Below, piece by piece: positions 46,761 to 55,590 of a DNA stretch of 64,000 nucleotides. Under the pieces are notes generated by a model. That model did not search any database. It worked only from the letters and a program-made list of their open reading frames with translations, and was not told the origin of the DNA. The DNA lies in the NCBI GenBank assembly GCA_945861385.1, contig CAMAUI010000007.1, positions 8,073 to 72,072 of the forward strand, in the 5' to 3' direction. Origin of the DNA: Prosthecobacter debontii (GTDB taxonomy: Bacteria > Verrucomicrobiota > Verrucomicrobiia > Chthoniobacterales > Chthoniobacteraceae). The position numbers and the translations under genes were made by a program. Position 1 is the stretch's first letter. Each line of letters begins with the position of its first letter.

Positions 46761-47764
46761 GGCTTTTTCACGGTCTTGCTTGGTGGTTCAACTGGCTGCG
46801 CGATGTCGAGGATTTCGATCTCCGCCTCCACTTCGACCATTTCTTCGCCAAAAATGAAAGTTAGCTTGCTGTTATCTTCGGCTCGGGGCGCCGGGCCGGG
46901 GGGATTGGTGTGGCCCGGCCCGACGGGTGGCCGTGCGGGCGCCACGGCCGGCGCTGCTTGCGGGGTTTTCGCAGGCGGATTCGGGGAGGTGTTCGTGACT
47001 TTGAGTTTCCTGATCACGAGGAACTGCTCATTGCATGTGGCGATGCCGTTCAAGACTTTCGCCGCAGCCTGCTCGTTGGCGGTGAATGCGATGCTGAATG
47101 AGCTTCTCTTGATGAGGTTCTCCGCCGTTTCGTCCTTCGCGCCTTTGCCGCCTTTTTTGCCTCCATCCGCCGGCTTCGCCTTTCCGCCTGCCTTTTCCTC
47201 GGGGAGCGCACGGCGTGTGATTTCCGGGAGGGCGGCGACCTTGCTTTCGATCATCAAATTGACGACCCACTCGATGACCTTGAGCTGCCGGGCCAGCGGT
47301 CTGGCCGCCTCGCCCTCGGGGAGTTTTCCGAGGTAGTCGAATCCGAGATCGAACTTGCCGGAACCGGGAGCCCGGTCATTTCTCTCGCTGGCCTTCTGGC
47401 TGGTGATGCCGGCTTTCCCTGCTTTTTCCAACACTGCATCCAGCGTGCGCTTCAGTTCCTGCTGGAAGGCGGAGGCCGAGACTTCCGCGGGCGGCACTTT
47501 CAAGGCCGCAAGCGATTTTTGCAGGTCACGGTAGGCGGCGATCACCTTGTCGCGCCCGGCCTCCACTTTCTTTTGGTTCTCGAGTTTCGGAAACGGAGTC
47601 GCGCCCTGCAGATTGCTAAGGGTCTGCCGTTTTTCGTTGTAGGTGGTGGAGGCATTGTCGAGCGCCTTGCTGGCGCTGAATGTGAGGTAGCCAAGCCCGC
47701 CGAGCCCGACGAACATCGCCGCACTGAAACCAGCCATGAATTTGTTTTCCGCCGCCCAGCTCAT
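46757..47764 (-). CDS. Amuc_1100-like pilus-associated membrane-anchored protein
   Basis: 335 aa. The N-terminal anchor is MSWAAENKFMAGFSAAMFVGLGGLGYL. It has AFQQELKRTLD, a Lys/Gly-rich linker, NGIATCNEQFLVIRKLKVTN, a Pro-rich stretch and a terminal EVEAEIEILDIAQP. The order and several motifs match my recollection of Akkermansia Amuc_1100 (AFQNELK..., ...YLFTVNSIRIRNE..., ...VSLNLVHFNQP). Both ends overlap neighbouring genes by 4 nt. Confidence 0.7.
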   Translation of the reverse strand: MSWAAENKFMAGFSAAMFVGLGGLGYLTFSASKALDNASTTYNEKRQTLSNLQGATPFPKLENQKKVEAGRDKVIAAYRDLQKSLAALKVPPAEVSASAFQQELKRTLDAVLEKAGKAGITSQKASERNDRAPGSGKFDLGFDYLGKLPEGEAARPLARQLKVIEWVVNLMIESKVAALPEITRRALPEEKAGGKAKPADGGKKGGKGAKDETAENLIKRSSFSIAFTANEQAAAKVLNGIATCNEQFLVIRKLKVTNTSPNPPAKTPQAAPAVAPARPPVGPGHTNPPGPAPRAEDNSKLTFIFGEEMVEVEAEIEILDIAQPVEPPSKTVKKP

Positions 47765-49500
47765 TTCGCGTCAAATGGGTTGTGTTTGAGATAAATCGGG
47801 AAGCTGAACCGGTAGGCCCATGTGGCGGGGCTCGGCTGGTCGCGTGAGATTTCGTTGGAGCGGTCGTCGCCCGGCGGCTCGACGAGCGCGGACTTCGCGA
47901 GGTTTTTCAAGAACTCGTCCACCACGAGGGAGGCGTCCTTGTTCCCGGCCTCTTCGCCGAGGTAGAGCCCCTCGACATAGACCGGGATGACCACCTTCTT
48001 TTTCTTGTTCCCGGATTTTCCGCCGGGCGTGGGCTCCTCCGTCTCGAGCTTCGCGAGTTCCTCCTTGGTTGGCGGACGGAAGGAGGTGATCCAGATGTAA
48101 TCCGGGGGGAGTTTGCTGTTGATGTCGGCGATGACGCGCAGCCAGTAGTCGCGGTCGGATACGGCATTCAGGAGGGGTTCGGCCGCTTTCATGGTGCTCT
48201 TGATTTTCTCCCTGGCGTTCGTGATGCCGGTGTCGAAAACGGCGAGGCCCTTGATTTTTCTGTCCAGTTCGGCGGCGGCTTCCGTCGTCTCGCTTGCCGC
48301 CCGGTCGAGGTATTGCCACCAACCGCCGAGTGTCGCGAGGGCGAGCACGCCCGCGGCGATCAGGAACGGACGCTGGGCGGCGACCTTGGCGGCGCGGACG
48401 ACGCTTGCCGGGCGGAGGTTGAGTTCCATCGGGCAGCTTCCAACGCCGCGGAGGGCGAGCCCCACGAGTTCGCCCAGCGTGTGCGCATCGCGGCCGACTT
48501 CATCAATGTCGAGGGACTGCGCCACGGCGACATTTCTGAGCGGGTTGAAGTATTCGACCTCGATGCCGGGGAATTTTTCCTGGAAGAATTCCCGCATGTA
48601 GGGGAGCGAGGCGGTGCCGCCGGCAAGGAGCACCCGCGCCGGCGCGGAGCCTGAGTGTTCGCTGCGGTAGAATGTGATGCTCCGCGCGATCTCCTGGTGA
48701 AGCTTGGTCATCTGGTTGCGGATGACTTTTGAGATGCGCGCAATTTCCACGTCGGAGGGTTCTGCGTAGCTCCCGCCGAGGCTCACGAAACCATCCTCCG
48801 CCTTGCGCGCATCCGCCTCCGCAAACGCGATCCCCGCGTCCTTGGCGATTGCCGATGTAATCGTGCTGCCACCGAGGTTGAGGCGGCGCGGAAAGATTTT
48901 TCCGGGTTCGGAAAAGAGCAGGTTCGTCGTCCGCGAGCCGATGTCCACCACGAGGACGCACCCGTCCGTGTCCGCGTAATTGTAACGGGCGGCATTGTAG
49001 AGCGCCATGGGGGCGATATCCACGGTGTTCGTGATGAGCCCGGTGGACTGCACGGCGTCGTTGAGATCATCCAGAAGGTCGGCCTTGATCGCCGCAAGGA
49101 TGACCTCCATGTGCCCGCCGCCGCCAGCGTCGAGCAACTGCCAGTCCCAGACGACCTGGTCAATCGGGTAGGGCACGTTCTGAGCCGCCTCGAAACCCAC
49201 GATCTTCTCCACCTGCACGGCATCGCCGACGGATGGGAGCGTGACGGGGCGCGTGAAAATCACATGCGACGCGATGGCGACATTGACCTTCTGGCCTTTC
49301 GCGCCGAACTCCGCCACCAACTGCTGAAGCTGGAGCTTCGTCTGTGCGAGACGGGTCACATCGGCGGCCGGATCACCGAGGATTTCCACCTTTTTGTAAC
49401 GCGTGAGAATCACGCCGCCGGCGGGATTCGGCTGAAACTCCGCAATACTCAGGGTCTGCGTGCCGAGGTTTAACGCGAAGATTCTTGCAGGTGCTGCCAT
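47761..49500 (-). CDS. PilM-like actin-fold pilus assembly ATPase fused to a TM helix and PilN/PilO-like periplasmic domain
   Basis: 579 aa. The N-terminal ~350 aa carry the PilM/FtsA-like fold (IFALNLGTQTLSIAEF..., VLVVDIGSRTTNL, LLAGGTASLP). A TM helix RPFLIAAGVLALATLGGWW follows, then a ~180-aa C-terminal domain. Confidence 0.85.
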   Translation of the reverse strand: MAAPARIFALNLGTQTLSIAEFQPNPAGGVILTRYKKVEILGDPAADVTRLAQTKLQLQQLVAEFGAKGQKVNVAIASHVIFTRPVTLPSVGDAVQVEKIVGFEAAQNVPYPIDQVVWDWQLLDAGGGGHMEVILAAIKADLLDDLNDAVQSTGLITNTVDIAPMALYNAARYNYADTDGCVLVVDIGSRTTNLLFSEPGKIFPRRLNLGGSTITSAIAKDAGIAFAEADARKAEDGFVSLGGSYAEPSDVEIARISKVIRNQMTKLHQEIARSITFYRSEHSGSAPARVLLAGGTASLPYMREFFQEKFPGIEVEYFNPLRNVAVAQSLDIDEVGRDAHTLGELVGLALRGVGSCPMELNLRPASVVRAAKVAAQRPFLIAAGVLALATLGGWWQYLDRAASETTEAAAELDRKIKGLAVFDTGITNAREKIKSTMKAAEPLLNAVSDRDYWLRVIADINSKLPPDYIWITSFRPPTKEELAKLETEEPTPGGKSGNKKKKVVIPVYVEGLYLGEEAGNKDASLVVDEFLKNLAKSALVEPPGDDRSNEISRDQPSPATWAYRFSFPIYLKHNPFDAK

Positions 49501-49529
49501 GCGATGTGTTCGTGGTGCCCGGCCTGGTG

Positions 49530-50096
49530 TTAGCGCGCTGGTTTTACGGCTTCATAGCGATCCCACCAGAGTACTTGAAAGGGTGTCTCCGATTTCGGGA
49601 CCAGCAGGCCGGGATAGTTCTGGGCATTCGGCATCACGCCCTTTTTGAAGGAATCCTTTACGAGAACCTGACCCTGCTTTTTCACTTCCACCCACACGTT
49701 CCCGACCATCGTCTGAGTGAGAGGTTTCCCCGCTGTCAGCCGGTCAATGCTGCGGGGGGACATATACATCACGGTGTATCGGTTGCGGCCTTTCGGGATG
49801 TTCACATGAGTGATTTCGCCGGGGCAATACTTGCCATTGATCTCCGCCATAAAGGTGAACGTCAGCTCGTCCACGAGTTCGGGGCCGTCCACATCGAACT
49901 CCACCTCGATCTCAAACCATTTCAAGTACTCCGAGCGTTTGTCGGGGAGGTTTTTCACGGTGAAATCCGGCGTCGTGATGGCAGCCGGCGCGATTTTTGT
50001 GATTTTGACCTTGAGTGGCCCTGCGTGCGGGGCTTGGGAAAGCGCGCTGCCCGCAAAAAGCGTCACTGCGGCGAAGATTGAAGCGAGAGTTTTCAT
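49530..50096 (-). CDS. small secreted protein, first gene of the pilus-like cluster (positional equivalent of Amuc_1102)
   Basis: Frame of ORF 49530..50204. The start is chosen at MKTLASIFAAVTLFAGSALSQA (complement of 50094-50096). The rest of the sequence looks beta-rich. Confidence 0.7.
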   Translation of the reverse strand: MKTLASIFAAVTLFAGSALSQAPHAGPLKVKITKIAPAAITTPDFTVKNLPDKRSEYLKWFEIEVEFDVDGPELVDELTFTFMAEINGKYCPGEITHVNIPKGRNRYTVMYMSPRSIDRLTAGKPLTQTMVGNVWVEVKKQGQVLVKDSFKKGVMPNAQNYPGLLVPKSETPFQVLWWDRYEAVKPAR

Positions 50097-50250
50097 AGAT
50101 AGGAGCGGGCGAACATCGTCGGTGACATGTTCACGCCCTTTGAAGAAGGGGCGGTCTTTTTTACGAAGCCACCGGCGTTTGAAAGGAAAAACTGCGCGAT
50201 TCACAAAGATTTAAGGCATGCCCGGCGGCGAATGATTGGATGAGGACTGC

Positions 50251-51033
50251 TCATTCCCCGCCGAACGAGGCGCGAATTTTCAATTCCGGCCCGCCGGAAA
50301 TTTCGACGCTCCGGAGCGCGATCCCTCCCAATGCCCGCCCCATGGGAATCTCGCGGGCCTCGATGTCCGCAAAGCGCGGGCGCAGAAAGCCCGCGGCGAG
50401 ATTTCCGATCATCCCGTCGCCGTGGCACGCGAGCCCGCGCAGGCGGATGTGGAGAGTGTCGGTGATTTCGATCACGCCCGTGAGCGTGATGCCCGTGCTG
50501 AACAGCATTGCCTTCGCAGTGACGACGGCGCGCACCGCGAGCTTGCGCGGGCCGTGAGGTGTCAGTTCGAGCGCGACGGACTTGATTTCCGCGCCTTGCT
50601 TTTCCGCGGCCCTGCTCGCGAGCGTGTGCAGCGCGCGCTCGAGTTCCGAGCGCGGGACTGTCACCTCAAACATCCCCGTCGTGGCTCGCACCAGCCGCAG
50701 CATCACGCCGCCCGAGGGATCGCGGAAAAACCCAAACACAGCGTCCTCCGCGTGGAGCGCCGCCTGAAATTCAAAGCCTTCAAAACTCGCGGGTCGTGCG
50801 CGCACATCCACCTCCCGCGCAAAGAACCCGCCCTCGTCCACGGCGGGAGCCTCCGGGCGCGGATGCCGCGCAAACTTCGCGCCGTCGAGGCAGGCATCGA
50901 GCCGGGACAGTGCGGGGAAATCCCCCGCGGTGGCCACGGCATCGCTGCCCAGCCCCAGCGGGGCGAGCACGCCCGCCAGCGCGGCACGGAGGCCGGCAGC
51001 ATCGCGCGGGATTTCGGGGCCGATTGGAATCAT
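50251..51033 (-). CDS. hypothetical protein
   Basis: Frame of ORF 50251..51186. The start is chosen at MIPIGPEIPRD. Its composition is protein-like, unlike the Arg-rich opposite-strand ORF 50236..51171. No family is assigned with confidence. Confidence 0.55.
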   Translation of the reverse strand: MIPIGPEIPRDAAGLRAALAGVLAPLGLGSDAVATAGDFPALSRLDACLDGAKFARHPRPEAPAVDEGGFFAREVDVRARPASFEGFEFQAALHAEDAVFGFFRDPSGGVMLRLVRATTGMFEVTVPRSELERALHTLASRAAEKQGAEIKSVALELTPHGPRKLAVRAVVTAKAMLFSTGITLTGVIEITDTLHIRLRGLACHGDGMIGNLAAGFLRPRFADIEAREIPMGRALGGIALRSVEISGGPELKIRASFGGE

Positions 51034-51188
51034 CCCTGTGCTTCTCCGCGGAATCGCGTGCCACAAGCAACCACGATCCTCATGCCGCTTGCGACTTTCC
51101 TGGAAAAGTACCTCCCCCCCCCGGCGCGGCCGATCCGTCTGAATGCTCGCATCAGGCACGCGACCCGCTAGAACCCTCCCGCCCAACC

Positions 51189-52727
51189 ATGCCTGACTCC
51201 ATTGATTTCGCGCGCAAGCGCGTGCTCATTTTCATCGTCGCCTACAACGCCGAGACGACCATCGGTAGCGTGCTCAGCCGCATCCCGGAGAGCATGCGCA
51301 ACTCGAACGTCGAGGTGCTCATCATTGACGACTCGTCGAAGGATTCGACATTTGCGACCGGCCTGCGGCACGAGCCGGAGGATGGCGATTTCCGCATCAC
51401 CACGCTTCGCAACCCCGAGAACCAAGGCTACGGCGGCAACCAGAAACTCGGCTACCGATATGCGATGGACAACGGCTTCGACATCGTGGCCCTCGTCCAT
51501 GGCGACGGCCAGTATGCCCCGGAGAAACTTCCCGATTTGCTGGCCCCGCTCATTCGCGGCGAAGCGGACGCGGTGTTTGGCTCGCGGATGTTGCGAAAGC
51601 AGGACGCCCTCGCCGGCGGCATGCCGCTGTACAAGTGGATCGGTAACCAGGTGCTCACGAGCTATCAGAACTTCGTGCTCGGCACCAAGCTGAGCGAATT
51701 CCACAGCGGCTACCGGCTCTATTCCGTGGCTGCGCTCAAGGACATTCCCTTCGAGCGCAACTCGAACGATTTCCACTTCGACACCGACATCATCATCCAG
51801 CTCCACTTCGCCGCGAAACGCATCGTCGAGCTGCCGATCCCGACATTTTACGGCGATGAAATCTGCCGCGTGAACGGGATCAAATACGCGTGGGATTGCT
51901 TCAAGACGATGATCCGCGCGGCGCTTCACCGGAAAAATCTGCTCTACGACCGGAAGTTCGACGTGGCGCCCGTGGAGGAGACCTACGACCTCAAGCTCGG
52001 TTTCGATTCATCACACACGCGCGCGATCACCGCCGTCGCGCCGGGCGCACGCATCCTCGATATCGGCTGCGGGCGCGGCTACGTCGCCGAGCTGATGGCG
52101 GAAAAGGCCGCGCACGTCACGGGGCTGGATCAATACGCGCCGGAGAAATCGGCGAAGCCGAACGTGGATTACGGGAAGTGGGACATTGATGCCGGGCCGT
52201 GCCCGGTGGATGTATCGCAGTTCGATCAGGTGTTCATGCTCGACATCATCGAGCACTTGAAGGACCCCGAGGCATTCATGGAAGCGCTCCGCGCACGGGC
52301 GGTACACAAGCAGCCGGAGATCATCCTCACCACGGCCAACATCGGCTTTTTCATCACACGGCTCATGCTGCTTTTCGGGCAGTTCAATTACGGGCGCAAA
52401 GGCATTCTCGACCGGACGCACACGCGGCTTTTCACGTTCCGCTCATTGCGCGAGCTTTTCGAGCAGACGGGGTATCGCGTGGAGGAGGTCCGCGGCATCC
52501 CCGGTCCGTTCCCGAATGCGGTGGGCAATGGTATTCTCGGGCGCCTCCTGATGTTTGCGAACAGCTTCCTGATTTGGTTTCCGTTTGGATGGGGCTGGAT
52601 GCGCGGCCTTTTCAGCTACCAGATCTTTGTCCGCGCCAAGGCGCGTCCGACGGTCCCGAACCTCCTCGCAAAAACCGTCGCGACCAGCGAGCAACTCCGT
52701 GCGGAAATCAAGAAAAGCGCGGCGTAG
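51189..52727 (+). CDS. family-2 glycosyltransferase fused to a class I SAM-dependent methyltransferase domain
   Basis: Frame of ORF 50796..52727. The start is chosen at MPDSIDFARKRVLIFIVAYNAE. GT2 motifs are VLIIDDSSKD and HGDGQY. The C-terminal domain has the SAM-binding motif ILDIGCGRGYV and ...VFMLDIIEHL. Confidence 0.88.
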   Translation: MPDSIDFARKRVLIFIVAYNAETTIGSVLSRIPESMRNSNVEVLIIDDSSKDSTFATGLRHEPEDGDFRITTLRNPENQGYGGNQKLGYRYAMDNGFDIVALVHGDGQYAPEKLPDLLAPLIRGEADAVFGSRMLRKQDALAGGMPLYKWIGNQVLTSYQNFVLGTKLSEFHSGYRLYSVAALKDIPFERNSNDFHFDTDIIIQLHFAAKRIVELPIPTFYGDEICRVNGIKYAWDCFKTMIRAALHRKNLLYDRKFDVAPVEETYDLKLGFDSSHTRAITAVAPGARILDIGCGRGYVAELMAEKAAHVTGLDQYAPEKSAKPNVDYGKWDIDAGPCPVDVSQFDQVFMLDIIEHLKDPEAFMEALRARAVHKQPEIILTTANIGFFITRLMLLFGQFNYGRKGILDRTHTRLFTFRSLRELFEQTGYRVEEVRGIPGPFPNAVGNGILGRLLMFANSFLIWFPFGWGWMRGLFSYQIFVRAKARPTVPNLLAKTVATSEQLRAEIKKSAA

Positions 52728-52757
52728 TGCGTCCGCCGTGGTGGAGGCCGGCCCGGA

Positions 52758-53360
52758 TTACCAGCGGGCGGGCGTGGGTGCGGATGCGGGCTCGATCTCT
52801 CTCGCGACGCTGCGCCGGATGCAGGCGAGGAACAGCACCGTGAAGGCGATGTCGCTCACCAGTGCGTTGCGGAAGAATGTCCACGAGGCCGGGTACTGTG
52901 GCAGACCGGTGGTCAATGCCTGGACCCAGCCAGCCATGTTCTGCGGGTACGATCCGGAGAGCCAAGATGCGGTGCTCGTCACGAGGTAGAAGAAAAGGGA
53001 GCTGCCAATGGCCGCGGGGAGCACCACGCGCGGGCTGGAATTTTGCCGGAGCTGCCAGCCAAACACCGCGACCGCTGCGAATGCGATGGTCTTTGCGAGG
53101 AACTCCGCATTCACGATCGCAAGCCCCCCGGGCATCGTGCGTGAGTAGTGCCAGTTCAGGATGAGATCCGTCCCGAGCAGCGCCGCAAATGGGAGCGCGA
53201 TGGCCATCCGCCGCGGCAGGCACGCCGCGCCGCAGAGGCAGAGCGCGGCCATTGGCGAAAAGTTGTAGAGCCACTCCGGCTGCTGCACCCCCATCCCGCA
53301 GAAGAGTGGGATCAGTCGGTAAAGTGAGACGACTAACAATAGCACAACGGCTGCAATCAT
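52758..53360 (-). CDS. polytopic membrane protein (possibly DUF6580-like)
   Basis: 200 aa with 5-6 hydrophobic helices. NFSPMAALCLCGAA near the N-terminus resembles what I recall of DUF6580 proteins. The family call is tentative. Confidence 0.65.
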   Translation of the reverse strand: MIAAVVLLLVVSLYRLIPLFCGMGVQQPEWLYNFSPMAALCLCGAACLPRRMAIALPFAALLGTDLILNWHYSRTMPGGLAIVNAEFLAKTIAFAAVAVFGWQLRQNSSPRVVLPAAIGSSLFFYLVTSTASWLSGSYPQNMAGWVQALTTGLPQYPASWTFFRNALVSDIAFTVLFLACIRRSVAREIEPASAPTPARW

Positions 53361-53608
53361 GGTGCTCGTGGATAGCCGCTCGCATGCCGCCGCCGCAACG
53401 GGAAAATGCCCGCGCGCATGATAATATCAAACATCACACGCAGATGAAACAAACGGATATAAACTGAGCGCATCCGCGGATGGCTCGGGCATTTTGTGTT
53501 CATCGTGGTGATGCGATGCGCGGATCTCTCAGGGAAAAGTCATCGCTCTGGACGTGTGGCACAGCAGCGGCTAAAGGCGCGGAGCCGCACACGCCTCACA
53601 TCAAGTTC

Positions 53609-54331
53609 ATGAAATCACTCATCGCAATCTGCCTCGCCGTGGGCACCGCAATTTCGCAGGACGCGCCGAAATTTTCCCCTCCGAAGGAAGTCGCGCCGGG
53701 AGTCTTCGAGGTGGGCGCTGTGCGGCTGGACAAAAACACGCGGACGGTGACGCTCCCGGCGAAGGTGAACATGTCGGATGGCCTCGTGGAATATCTGTGT
53801 GTCACGCCACGCGGTGCGACCCACGAGAGCGTCCTCGTGAGCGAAGCGGGCCCGCAGAATGTCCACGTCGCGATGCTGCTGCTCGGCGCAAAGGGCGCGG
53901 CAGTCGGCGATCCGAAACAGGCTCCCGGGCAGATCACAGCGGAGTTCCTCGCCAAGCTTCCGAAACTCACGGGCGACCGCGTCATGCTCTCGGTGAAATG
54001 GAAGGACAAGGACGGCAGGGAGCAGACGGTGCCCGTCGAGCGATGGGTGCAACAGCGGACTCCGCAAAAGAATCAGCCGGGGAATGAGGCTCCCATGTCG
54101 GATGGCCCCTGGATTTACAACGGTTCATTCGTGTACGAGGGCCGCTTCGTGGCGGAAGGCGAGGGGGTCTATGCCGCGATCGCCACGATGCCCAGCGCGC
54201 TCATCAATAATCCCCGCCCCGGCGCGACCGACGACAAGATGTGGTTTGCAAACACCGCGGCGATGCCGCCCGTGGGCACCCCCGTGGAATTCATCATCAA
54301 GCTCGAACAACCCAAGGAAGAACCAAAATGA
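53609..54331 (+). CDS. secreted protein (YdjY-domain-like)
   Basis: Frame of ORF 53480..54331. The start is chosen at MKSLIAICLAVGTAISQ (signal peptide). The segment GLVEYLCVTPRGATHESVL resembles the YdjY-domain core as I recall it. The stop overlaps the next start (ATGA). Confidence 0.65.
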   Translation: MKSLIAICLAVGTAISQDAPKFSPPKEVAPGVFEVGAVRLDKNTRTVTLPAKVNMSDGLVEYLCVTPRGATHESVLVSEAGPQNVHVAMLLLGAKGAAVGDPKQAPGQITAEFLAKLPKLTGDRVMLSVKWKDKDGREQTVPVERWVQQRTPQKNQPGNEAPMSDGPWIYNGSFVYEGRFVAEGEGVYAAIATMPSALINNPRPGATDDKMWFANTAAMPPVGTPVEFIIKLEQPKEEPK

Positions 54332-55497
54332 AACGCCGCACTTTTATCCTCACCACCACGCTCGCACTGGCAGGCGCGCATTTCGCACACGCCGATGAAC
54401 CGCTCCCGCGTGACGAGAAAAACGTGTCCTTTCGCAACGAAGTCCGCGACGCGATGAACCGCGGCATCGAGGCGCTCGCGAAAGCGCAAAATGCGGACGG
54501 CAGTTTTGGAAAGGACACGCAGCATCCCGCGATCTCCGCGCTGGCCCTTGTCGCGCTCCAGCGCGAACCGACCGGGCGTTTCGTTGGAAGGAAGCCGCCG
54601 GAATCCGTGGCGAAAGGCTATGCGTACCTGCGCAGATTCGTGCAGCCGGACGGCGGCATCTACAACGAGGCAGCCGGGCTCGCGAACTACAACACGAGCG
54701 TGGCCCTTCTCGCTCTCGCCGGCGCTGGCGACCCGGCCGACGAGAAACTCCTCCAGGCCGCCCGCGCATACGTTGTGGGGCAGCAGGCGACCGGCATGGT
54801 GAAGTCCGAGACGAACGGCGGCATCGGCTACGGCAGCGTGGGCGCGAGCCCTAAGCGCGGGCATCCCGACCTCGACAACACGCTCATCGCCATCGAGGCG
54901 CTCCGCAGCACGCAGGCGCTCGTCGCGGACAAGGCCGGCACCAAGGATCTGAACTGGCAGGCGGCGATTGATTTCGTCACCCGCTGCCAGAACCTCCCCG
55001 GAGCCAACAAGGAAAAATGGGCCAGCGGTGATCCCGCGAACAAGGGCGGCTTCGTTTATTACCCCGGCTTCAGCAACGCCGGCGAAGTCGAGCTCGAAGG
55101 CGGTGGAAAGGCGCTCCGCAGCTACGGCTCGATGACCTACGCCGGCCTGCTCAGTTTCATTTACTCCGATTTGAAGCCCACGGATGCCCGCGTGAAGGCG
55201 GCGGTCGAGTGGCTGCAAAAAAATTACACCCTCGAGGAAAACCCCGGCATGGAAAAATCGGGCTACTATTATTACCTGCACCTGATGGCCAAGGGCCTTG
55301 CTGCGGCGGGGATCACGGAGCTGGAAGTCGGCGGCAAAAAAGTGGACTGGCGCCGGGACCTCGCCATGCGGCTCATGAAGCTGCAAACTGCGGATGGCAC
55401 ATGGCTGAACGACCAGCCGCGTTGGAAGGAGAACAACTCCGTGCTCGTCACCGCCTACTGCGTCATGGCGCTCGAGATCGTGTACGGCCAGTTGTAA
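54328..55497 (+). CDS. exported prenyltransferase/squalene-oxidase-repeat (alpha-alpha toroid) protein
   Basis: Frame of ORF 54241..55497. The start is chosen at MKRRTFILTTTLALAGAHFAHA (Tat-like signal). It has recurrent repeat motifs: QNADGSFG, QPDGGIYN, TNGGIGYG, NKGGFVYYPG and QTADGTWLN. Confidence 0.8.
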   Translation: MKRRTFILTTTLALAGAHFAHADEPLPRDEKNVSFRNEVRDAMNRGIEALAKAQNADGSFGKDTQHPAISALALVALQREPTGRFVGRKPPESVAKGYAYLRRFVQPDGGIYNEAAGLANYNTSVALLALAGAGDPADEKLLQAARAYVVGQQATGMVKSETNGGIGYGSVGASPKRGHPDLDNTLIAIEALRSTQALVADKAGTKDLNWQAAIDFVTRCQNLPGANKEKWASGDPANKGGFVYYPGFSNAGEVELEGGGKALRSYGSMTYAGLLSFIYSDLKPTDARVKAAVEWLQKNYTLEENPGMEKSGYYYYLHLMAKGLAAAGITELEVGGKKVDWRRDLAMRLMKLQTADGTWLNDQPRWKENNSVLVTAYCVMALEIVYGQL

Positions 55498-55590
55498 TAT
55501 CGGCCTCCCATCTCCGGCCACGTCCGCACCCGGCAAGGTCGCGGAGCAGCGAATGTCGGATGGCGAATTTGGAATCTCGAAGTGACTGAG

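Noticed and set aside
50236-51171. 311-aa plus-strand ORF as an alternative to the minus-strand hypothetical gene
   Set aside because: Its translation is Arg/Ala/Gly/Glu-rich and motif-free. The minus-strand frame has balanced composition and a sensible ATG at 51033. Confidence in the minus-strand gene is still only moderate.
53361-53608. Possible riboswitch (cobalamin or TPP) in the 248-bp AT-richer spacer between the DUF6580-like gene and the YdjY-like gene
   Set aside because: I found isolated GGTG and AGGGAA strings but no B12 box (GCCACTG-type) and no TPP CTGAGA/ACCTGA core on either strand. A covariance-model scan (Rfam/Infernal) would be needed to settle this.
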